Virus record (IMG/VR): IMGVR_UViG_3300047565_000335
Coordinates: 1 to 38,805 of that record
Source of the DNA: a virus
Taxonomy: Duplodnaviria; Caudoviricetes
Length of the DNA stretch: 38,805 nucleotides
Direction: 5' to 3' (one strand)
The stretch's first letter is position 1. Each line of letters starts with the position of its first letter. This document shows positions 18,227-25,628 of the stretch, piece by piece. The notes beneath the pieces are model-generated. The model was not told the origin of the DNA and searched no databases. It was given only the letters and a program-made list of their open reading frames with translations. Position numbers and translations under genes: made by a program.

Positions 18227-18710
18227 AAGTCAAAAAAAGGTGGTCGGCAAAGATGCGTTTGATTTCCTCTCGATCGGCTGGGTTCACACCTAAGAATTCC
18301 CGCTTTGGGATGTGTTTAGTACCCAGTTGATGAAACTTTGCATAATTGAGGCTGCTCCCGATCGCCAGTTCTGCCCCATCAATTTGGTAAGTGATGGTAT
18401 CGCGCAAAGTAAAGGTGTCTTTTAAGATGTCGGTGGGGTTGGCTCTAGTACGCTTGTACAGTCTGGAGCCACCGCGTTTTTGTTTGCGGTTTTTGCTGCG
18501 TTCTTTGGCGCGGATGGTGGCCGCTGCTAAGGGTGCCCAAGCTGCCCCATTAGGAGTCTGGGAGAGGTCAAATCTACTGCGAGTTTGCAGTAGCATATAT
18601 TCCCCGATCGCCCTTTGAGCTGGTCGGAGGTTTTGGGCTTGTGCAACCAATAAAGAGAGCCGCTTTACAGCGCTTTCACTGCCTGATACCTTGAGGTTAA
18701 ATGCTGCCAA
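18225..18710 (-). CDS. Virion morphogenesis protein (Mu gpG-like)
   Basis: IGE.ML..T..RF....P.G..WAPL...T; L.DT..LR.TI; YA..HQLG....PKREFLG. Confidence 0.9.
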   Translation of the reverse strand: MAAFNLKVSGSESAVKRLSLLVAQAQNLRPAQRAIGEYMLLQTRSRFDLSQTPNGAAWAPLAAATIRAKERSKNRKQKRGGSRLYKRTRANPTDILKDTFTLRDTITYQIDGAELAIGSSLNYAKFHQLGTKHIPKREFLGVNPADREEIKRIFADHLFLT

Positions 18711-19143
18711 CTTGCTACCCTATAGACTGCTAATCGTGCTACTTAAATCTAATGCCCGTTCTAGAGAAATAGCCAAATTCCTGGGAGTGAGCCAAAGTGA
18801 ATTGCTAGATATTTTTAGCGACAGGCTGGGAAATGTACTACTAGAAATAGTACAAAAGGAATGCCGGAATCGGCCAACTAAGTTAGCGATCCGGCAGTGG
18901 CTATTATTTAATATATGCCCCGATCGGCGGCGAGTGTCTCACGCGGTGAAGGCGGCGCGGTACCGGGCGGGTCTGACCCAGAAGGAATTAGCAGCGCGGT
19001 TGGGTGTGAAGGCAGGGCTGGTGGTGAATGTAGAAAGATGTTTGGCAGTGAATGTGGAACGGGTGAGGGCGATCGCGCTTACGCTGCAAGATGTGAAATT
19101 GAATCAGTTGCTGTTTGAAATTGGGTGGATCGATCGCTTTTAG
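18691..19143 (+). CDS. XRE-family HTH transcriptional regulator (true start probably slightly downstream)
   Basis: VKAARYRAGLTQKELAARLGVKAGLVVNVER; possible second HTH (REIAKFLGVSQSEL). Confidence 0.75.
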   Translation: MRLNAANLLPYRLLIVLLKSNARSREIAKFLGVSQSELLDIFSDRLGNVLLEIVQKECRNRPTKLAIRQWLLFNICPDRRRVSHAVKAARYRAGLTQKELAARLGVKAGLVVNVERCLAVNVERVRAIALTLQDVKLNQLLFEIGWIDRF

Positions 19144-19433
19144 TACCTCGCTCCGTCAGGCAATTTTTCGGGCAAAATATCTAAAATTTCACTTCCTTCA
19201 AGAATTTCAAAAAGAATTTTGTTTGTTTTTAATGCGCAGTACAAGTCTAGGGGCGTAGTAGCATCACCAATTATGTGACCGTAGCAGCCACATAATTTTG
19301 AAATCCTGTCCCGCCACAAGTGAGCAGCAGGATAGCCTGTCCCTACTTGCTCAAACTTCAGTGGGGCGTTTTTGTCGGGGTGATCGGAATCAATCGAGAC
19401 AATTATTCCAGCTGGCAAAGCTATCTTAAACAT
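19140..19433 (-). CDS. Small protein downstream of MuF-peptidase, candidate immunity/inhibitor
   Basis: 97 aa, starts 2 nt after the MuF stop; toxin-immunity layout. Confidence 0.6.
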   Translation of the reverse strand: MFKIALPAGIIVSIDSDHPDKNAPLKFEQVGTGYPAAHLWRDRISKLCGCYGHIIGDATTPLDLYCALKTNKILFEILEGSEILDILPEKLPDGARY

Positions 19434-19435
19434 AA

Positions 19436-20944
19436 TTAAGATCTCTGTTTTTTTAGATATTTAATTGTCAATTTAAAATGCTCTTTATCGGCATTCCACA
19501 GATGTAACATATTTTCTGGTGAATCAAAATGCTCAAACCCTACCGAAAGAACCTCTGTGAAAGAATCTTCGTAAATTTTACCCACATATTTATCAACAAA
19601 ATGATCAGGGTAAAATTTTTCCTCATCAGGGTGATCCCAACCATAAATTTCTCTGCCTGTTTGAAGCTCCCCAGTTGCTCTTGATTTCAGCCAATCGTTG
19701 CTTTCCTTTGAACCATATTCTAATTCCGCAAAATGAGCCATTTCATGAAAAATTGAGCTTTTACTAGCATCACCCACATTAATCCTACCTAATTCAAATG
19801 TCGCGGTAGGGCGACGGCCAGAATAAACAAATTCCCTCAAGTGATTAGCACCACCACCATTAGTTAGCTGGAAAAATTCAACAGCACTTTCTCGGATTTT
19901 ATTTCGGGATCTATCAACATTCATGTCAATTTTTCCAACTAATTTCATCGCCTCTTCTTGAGCCATCCCTGTATCAAGCAAGTTTTGGCGCAGTTGCTCC
20001 ATTATTTCTTTTTTTCTTGGCGTTTCCTTTCGTTTTTTATTCCTGGCATAGATCTCATCAATCTGATCTATGATTTCATCGCTGTTAGACCCTGGGGAAT
20101 TTAGCTTAGCCCAAAGCTCTTTAGTCGATTCTATTTCCTGTTTTTCTAATTCTTCGATCAGGTCATCTATGCTATCGGCTGCTCCTGTTCTAAGTTCGTC
20201 CTCTTGCAGATGCCAACGAGAATTATTAAGTACATAAGTTTTTCCATTTAAAATTTTGGTTTTGCCTTCAGGAATTTTGGCAAACTTGGCATCTACATAC
20301 AAACTGCCCCGCATCGCATCCTTCAAAGTCCGATCGACCTTCAACTGGTCAATTTTTTGCTCAATGTCGTCCCGATACAAAAAGCCTTCGTCTGGCTCTA
20401 GGTCAAATACCGAGAGCTTACCGCCGTTGCGTTCAAAGTCTCGCGGGGAAAGGCTGAAATACTGGCAGGTGCAACCAAATCCCGATGGTAGCGGCACCGT
20501 CACATCTTCAATTTTAAATATTTTGCGATCCATGGCTAAATGCTCTGGTCTAGGGTCAGAGCTATTGCCATGTCGCCATTGTAGATATGGGCGATCGGTA
20601 GCAGTTTCTTGCATCTGTTGCCAGCGCCCTAGACCGTAAGCTTGACGGATGTTTTGGTCATAAATTAATTGCGCGCGCCATGCCGATCGACCAGCCCAGC
20701 GATCGGATACTTTGGCAAACCGGGTAATAAAATCTTGGGCAGATTCCCCGGCTTCGATCGCTCTGCCCAAGGTGTCGTGGATGTCTTGGAGCAAAGCACC
20801 CTTAGCAGCGGCTACGGTGAAGTTAGCCAGCTGCTGGGTGCCTTGGCCATCTACCCAAGTGTCGGTATCTAGCCCGGTTTTCTGGGCGAAATAGTCGATC
20901 GCTTCTTGGGGTGTTAGCTGGTCATTTTGGATCTGAATCGGCAT
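19436..20944 (-). CDS. MuF (gp30) head morphogenesis protein fused to a C-terminal zincin metallopeptidase
   Basis: EAIDYF..K, FTVA, IYDQN...AY..GRW, RP.H, GFGC.C; C-terminal HEMAH (19733-19747) and TEVLSVGFE. Confidence 0.88.
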   Translation of the reverse strand: MPIQIQNDQLTPQEAIDYFAQKTGLDTDTWVDGQGTQQLANFTVAAAKGALLQDIHDTLGRAIEAGESAQDFITRFAKVSDRWAGRSAWRAQLIYDQNIRQAYGLGRWQQMQETATDRPYLQWRHGNSSDPRPEHLAMDRKIFKIEDVTVPLPSGFGCTCQYFSLSPRDFERNGGKLSVFDLEPDEGFLYRDDIEQKIDQLKVDRTLKDAMRGSLYVDAKFAKIPEGKTKILNGKTYVLNNSRWHLQEDELRTGAADSIDDLIEELEKQEIESTKELWAKLNSPGSNSDEIIDQIDEIYARNKKRKETPRKKEIMEQLRQNLLDTGMAQEEAMKLVGKIDMNVDRSRNKIRESAVEFFQLTNGGGANHLREFVYSGRRPTATFELGRINVGDASKSSIFHEMAHFAELEYGSKESNDWLKSRATGELQTGREIYGWDHPDEEKFYPDHFVDKYVGKIYEDSFTEVLSVGFEHFDSPENMLHLWNADKEHFKLTIKYLKKQRS

Positions 20945-20976
20945 TTTTCAAAGTGATATCTTCAGTGGTATCCTGA

Positions 20977-21471
20977 CTACTCAAATTCGGCCTCAAAATA
21001 CCCTTGTAAACCAGCTAAGGTCAGGTGTTGATTCACTTCTTGGGCAAATTCAGCACTTTCTAGCTGGGGAAACATTTCAAAGATCGCTTCTTGAGCTGTG
21101 CCCAAATCATCGGCGGTGAATATTACATCCTTAATCTGGTCGAGCCACTTGCTGAACTGAGCATCACCGACGTTTTTGAGGCTGGCAATTACTGTTTCTT
21201 GGCCTTCGGGGTACTTCTCGAATTTGGCCTCTGGCTCTTTCACTTCACCGTAATTGGCCAGCTTAATAGCCACGCCAGTATCGGTGATTTTGATGGCCAA
21301 TACTTTGCCGCCATCTTGCCCGATCGCGATGATGTCACCGTTATCGTCAAATTTGGCGGCGCGAATGGCTTCCATCCCGTCACCATAGGGTGGGGATTCA
21401 CCAGGGGCGGCGGGGTTGTTTAAAAAGTTGAGAATGGCTGGGTAGCGATCGGGCGTGATGGTTTCGGGCAT
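20977..21471 (-). CDS. Head protein whose C-terminal half resembles the C-terminal helical domain of Mu gp29-type portals
   Basis: W.DQI...I..A.DL..A...I...FP.L....FA......L..A.L.G immediately before MuF; five A[KQE]F motifs. Confidence 0.6.
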   Translation of the reverse strand: MPETITPDRYPAILNFLNNPAAPGESPPYGDGMEAIRAAKFDDNGDIIAIGQDGGKVLAIKITDTGVAIKLANYGEVKEPEAKFEKYPEGQETVIASLKNVGDAQFSKWLDQIKDVIFTADDLGTAQEAIFEMFPQLESAEFAQEVNQHLTLAGLQGYFEAEFE

Positions 21472-21476
21472 GGGGT

Positions 21477-21638
21477 TTAGTTGGTTTTTGTCTTGGGCTG
21501 GTCGGTTTTGGTTTCCGGCAGCATTGAAGGATCAGAGTCTGGCGTTGTAGGTATTTTGTAAACACCATCTTTAAAGCTGTCATCTAAAATAAAGCTGCCA
21601 TCCGGCTGAAATCCGGTCTTTGTTTTATTGGTATTCAT
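21477..21638 (-). CDS. 53-aa ORF missing from the track (MNTNKTKTGFQPDGSFILDDSFKDGVYKIP...), candidate partner/immunity of the JAB protein
   Basis: ATG overlaps the end of the JAB gene and the ORF ends 5 nt before the next start, filling the gap exactly. Confidence 0.55.
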   Translation of the reverse strand: MNTNKTKTGFQPDGSFILDDSFKDGVYKIPTTPDSDPSMLPETKTDQPKTKTN

Positions 21639-22839
21639 GTTCTTTCCTGGTGTATTTGGCTCCGATTAAATCGGCATAAGAAGTCGCTAAATCGTGCCAG
21701 TAGTCTGCATTCATTTTATTCTGAAGCTTTTGGAATTCTTCTGGTGAATCCATTTGCTGAGAGTTATAAAGCCTCCGGCCACCTTGATGTTGCTGGGTAG
21801 CTTCAATCGTCGCAATCATTTTCTTAGCTGCCGAAAGGCTAGGCCAGCCATTGGGTGGACGCAAAATCGAATGTATGTATTTCCGGCTAATTGCTCTAAT
21901 TTCACTTAGATCAGCACCCACCGCAATCTCCAAATCATCTCTACTAAAAGAATTGCCACCACTACGAGTGTCAACAGCTTCAAAGTTCCAGCCGTCTGGG
22001 TGATTGTGGCTTAAAATGCCTGATGCCATCTGATTGACTTCTTCACTCGTGAAAGCGACTTGATCACTAGTTCCGTCTTTGGTGAAAGCTTTTTGACCGC
22101 GAAAATCCACCACCATGGCAGATTCAAAAGACTGCTTATATTTTTCTCTCTCAAAGGCATGAATAGCGGCTATTCCTGTCAATTCTTTTGATTGATTTAC
22201 CGATTTTTCAAACTGGGCATACTGACCATGCGGCTTTTTTAAAATCCCCTGATCGGGATGATAGAGAAAATCATGAATTTGCAGCTGGCTACTGCCTGCG
22301 CTGATTTTGATAGGGGAGTGGCTGACTTGGTAAGACTCCGCCGGGGAATCATAATTGGTGGTCACGCCGCCAGATAATACCGCCGAGCTACCAGCGCCAA
22401 TTTGAACCCGGTGGCCGCTGCCATCTGTTGTGATTTTAATGGTCTGGGGCGACCTGGTAATCTTCATGTCCCCCAAATCCAATGTATTTCCAGACTTGGT
22501 GATTTCGTGGCCACCATCTACCATTTTTAATGTGTAGGGTTTGGTTTTGGCAAGAGACTCCATCAGCTCTTTACGGGCTTGGCGATCTTCAGACCTGGTG
22601 ATTTTGTCTTCTGCTGCTGTTTCATCGCGATCGGCTTTTTCTAGGTTATTTTCCAACAGTTCATCTGTTTCAGTCGATCGCCAACGGCTGTCTTTGAGAT
22701 AGTAACTCTTGCCCTTAATTGTTTTGGTGGTACCTTCGGGGATTTTGGCAAATTCGGCCTTTTCTAATTCTGGTAGCAGGGTAGTCGCTGCAAAGTTAGC
22801 CGCCGTTTCTCTCAGGATGATTTCTAAATCTAAGGCCAT
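21625..22839 (-). CDS. Putative virion cargo protein with C-terminal JAB/MPN-like domain
   Basis: E...HNHP.G...SFS..D motif (HNHP at 21997-22008); N-terminal module shared with MuF; coupled to the portal stop. Confidence 0.72.
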   Translation of the reverse strand: MALDLEIILRETAANFAATTLLPELEKAEFAKIPEGTTKTIKGKSYYLKDSRWRSTETDELLENNLEKADRDETAAEDKITRSEDRQARKELMESLAKTKPYTLKMVDGGHEITKSGNTLDLGDMKITRSPQTIKITTDGSGHRVQIGAGSSAVLSGGVTTNYDSPAESYQVSHSPIKISAGSSQLQIHDFLYHPDQGILKKPHGQYAQFEKSVNQSKELTGIAAIHAFEREKYKQSFESAMVVDFRGQKAFTKDGTSDQVAFTSEEVNQMASGILSHNHPDGWNFEAVDTRSGGNSFSRDDLEIAVGADLSEIRAISRKYIHSILRPPNGWPSLSAAKKMIATIEATQQHQGGRRLYNSQQMDSPEEFQKLQNKMNADYWHDLATSYADLIGAKYTRKEHEYQ

Positions 22840-25580
22840 CAGTATTTACCCCCTTTGATAATCTCGGCTACCTGGCTGTATAGCTCTTTTTGTACCGCTG
22901 CCTGTTTCTCACCACCAGCCACCCGCAGAGCGGCGGCGTTCAGTGCTTTAGCGATCGGCCCCGAAGCATTTTTTAAACCATCAAAAACACCCATAGCTAC
23001 AGCGGAATCATCGGCGATCGCCTTAGATGCTGCCGAGTCAATTTGGTTATTGCCCCGCGCCAATTCTTGAGCCGATTTACTCTTAGCCACCAGGCCAAAA
23101 ATCCGCTTGTCTTTGCCCAGCTGGGAGCGGATGCCAGCCGCTAAACCAGCCCGTTCGATCGCGTTGGTTTTGGTTTCAAAGCTACCGCCAAATAAATCGA
23201 ATTGCTCAACTTGCTGGGTACTGCTGGCCTTCACCCCAGCGACTAGTTCCGCCAACACTCCATCATTTAATTTTTTGCCCTTTTTCTCGCTGAGTTTGTA
23301 TAGGTCGCGCTGCTGCTCTGGCTTCAGTCCAGCGTCCCCAATAATGGCGGCGCGTGCTTCGCTGAGGTCGCCCATCACGACTTTTTCAAACAAAGTCGGT
23401 TCCAGTTTCGCGATCGCAATCCCTTTTTGAGCAATCTGTTCGCGCATTGGGATGCCCTTAGCCTTCAGGTCAGCTTCACTTAATCCGGTATCTCGGAAAA
23501 ATTTAGCTGCGTCCAAGCCAGTGCCCCGGCCTTCGGCAATGTTGGTTAAGGCTCCGATCGCTCTGGCGTGGGCAGCGTCAGGGGCATCGATTACCCTGGC
23601 CGTTATCTTCTCAGCTCCGGCTCGGTTAGCCAGTGCTAGCCGGTTGTGGCCATTGATTACATAGAGTTGTTTATCAGCGGGGTCCCGCCAAACCTGTACC
23701 ACCCCGGCTAAGTTTGGATCATAGGTGCTGACACCAGATAAGCTGCCAACTTCCCCAGTTTTGGTATGCTCGCCAATTAGTTTGTATTGGAAACGTTTGG
23801 GATCGGCCTGAATATCTTTGGCATCAATTTCACCCACAAAACCCGGTTCTACTTTCAGCGCTGCTGGGCGCTGCTGGGCTTCGGCTAGGTCGGCTTTTAG
23901 TTTAGCTATCAGCGCTTTTTGCTTTTCACTAGCATCCTTATGGCAGGTTTTGCCACCACTGATACAAACTACCCCACAGCTAATATTTTGAGGTTGGCAT
24001 TTAGCCTTTTTCTTAGTCGCGCTGGTTTTCTTTACTGCTCCACCACGAAATTCTGCACTTTGGAATTTTTCCAGCAGCATTTCAGCCACTGGCAACAAAG
24101 GATCTTCAGCAGCCGCAAACTTAGCATTATCTAGCGCCGACTGTGCCGTCGGCGCGTCTAGTGGCGGCGCTGGCTCACCCGCTGGTTGCCCTAGTGCCCC
24201 TTCCCCACCACCCAAATTCTTAGTAATCGCCTCGATCGACTTATCCGGCCAACTTGGAAAAGCGCCCTTAATCATCCCAAATACTAGTTCTGGCTTCCAG
24301 CTACCCTGCTGGGCATTAGAGACGATCGACACCAGCGCATTGACCTGTTCACCATTTAGCTGAGTGAGCGCGTCATCAGCTTCGGGAATCTCATAGTTAT
24401 CACCATATTTCTGGGCGATCGCATCAGCTTTTAATTTAATCCCCAGGCCAGACAGCACTACATCGGTGTCGGCCTCGGCCTTGATGTCCTTGCTCTCGAA
24501 ATTCCGCCACACTTTGGGAATGGCCGCGCCGGGAAAATTCCATTCGGTGAGGTATCTCGCGATCGACTCATTGAAAGTCTGACACATCACATCGGAAAGC
24601 TGCTTGGCAAAAGCCAGCCCGATGTCTTGGTGTACTTCCGCTTGGGAGCGCGATGACCCATTATCAGTGGTCATGGTTTGACCATTGATGATTTTACTAA
24701 TGGCTGCGTTGCAGATATCCACCATTCCCTGGTAGTCGCTGCCGCCTGCTCGGGCTGCTTCAATCAGCTTAATTTCGGTGCCTTCCGGGCTGGATGTCCA
24801 GTCATCTTCACCAAAGGCTTCTAGCGCTTTTTCCAGGGCTTCAATATCGTCTTCTTGGCTACCTAGTGGGTAAGTGCCATGGCGATGGGGTTTAGCATAT
24901 TTTTCGAGGAACAGCACCCACCAGCGCATTCCTTGCCGCTTAAAAAAGGTTGGCCAGTATAACCAGTAGGCCAAGCCCCGCCCGTTGGGGTCATCTACCG
25001 AGTCACCGCCGATCGAGAATGTCCAGTATTTGTTAGGTAGCAGTTCGCCGCCGTTATAGTTCCGGTTGTTGCGCCAGCGGATTTCATTTTCATAAGTCCA
25101 TAAAAATCTTTTCCGACTTCTGACCAGCAAATCTTTTAAGACCACCCGATCGCCTGATAGCTCATACATGGCTTCAGCTACACTAAAGCCCCAGAACTTA
25201 CCCGCCGCCATCTTGGCACAGCGATCGTCAAAGGGAATATTCGTTAATTGCTGTTTGAGGTCTTCAGCGGCTTGGATATCGATCGGCTGGTCACCACCGG
25301 GCAACACCATGATTTCCCGGCTGATGATTTGGCTAATTAGTTGGCTTAAACCTGCTTCTACCTGGTCGTCTTGACGGACTGGCTCATAGAATTCTAAATT
25401 CCCTTTGCCCTTTCCTTTGAGGATCGGGTCAGTGCTGCCCAGTACATATTTATCAAGATAGGCACCCCAGAAATCAGCTCTTTTGGGGGTCTGCTCTTTG
25501 TTGATGACAGCTCTAGCGATCGCGGGCGGTATCGCTGCTTTCTGCTGTTTTTTGGCTTTAGATTGGGTCTGTGCTGGCAT
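22839..25580 (-). CDS. Portal protein (DUF935/Mu gp29) with C-terminal extension: Cys4 motif and ParB-like domain
   Basis: GFSVAE, P.GRGL...LYW..FFK, FLEKY..P...G.Y, ISKII.GQTMT..GSSRS.AEVH; extension contains DPKRFQY and VINGHNRLA. Confidence 0.9.
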   Translation of the reverse strand: MPAQTQSKAKKQQKAAIPPAIARAVINKEQTPKRADFWGAYLDKYVLGSTDPILKGKGKGNLEFYEPVRQDDQVEAGLSQLISQIISREIMVLPGGDQPIDIQAAEDLKQQLTNIPFDDRCAKMAAGKFWGFSVAEAMYELSGDRVVLKDLLVRSRKRFLWTYENEIRWRNNRNYNGGELLPNKYWTFSIGGDSVDDPNGRGLAYWLYWPTFFKRQGMRWWVLFLEKYAKPHRHGTYPLGSQEDDIEALEKALEAFGEDDWTSSPEGTEIKLIEAARAGGSDYQGMVDICNAAISKIINGQTMTTDNGSSRSQAEVHQDIGLAFAKQLSDVMCQTFNESIARYLTEWNFPGAAIPKVWRNFESKDIKAEADTDVVLSGLGIKLKADAIAQKYGDNYEIPEADDALTQLNGEQVNALVSIVSNAQQGSWKPELVFGMIKGAFPSWPDKSIEAITKNLGGGEGALGQPAGEPAPPLDAPTAQSALDNAKFAAAEDPLLPVAEMLLEKFQSAEFRGGAVKKTSATKKKAKCQPQNISCGVVCISGGKTCHKDASEKQKALIAKLKADLAEAQQRPAALKVEPGFVGEIDAKDIQADPKRFQYKLIGEHTKTGEVGSLSGVSTYDPNLAGVVQVWRDPADKQLYVINGHNRLALANRAGAEKITARVIDAPDAAHARAIGALTNIAEGRGTGLDAAKFFRDTGLSEADLKAKGIPMREQIAQKGIAIAKLEPTLFEKVVMGDLSEARAAIIGDAGLKPEQQRDLYKLSEKKGKKLNDGVLAELVAGVKASSTQQVEQFDLFGGSFETKTNAIERAGLAAGIRSQLGKDKRIFGLVAKSKSAQELARGNNQIDSAASKAIADDSAVAMGVFDGLKNASGPIAKALNAAALRVAGGEKQAAVQKELYSQVAEIIKGGKY

Positions 25581-25628
25581 TGGTGGCGGTGCCCTGGGAT
25601 GGCTTAAGTTTAGCAGGTTGGTTAGTTG

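Noticed and set aside
23400-23850. ParABS plasmid partition system
   Set aside because: No ParA in the window, and the ParB-like domain is fused in frame to the portal
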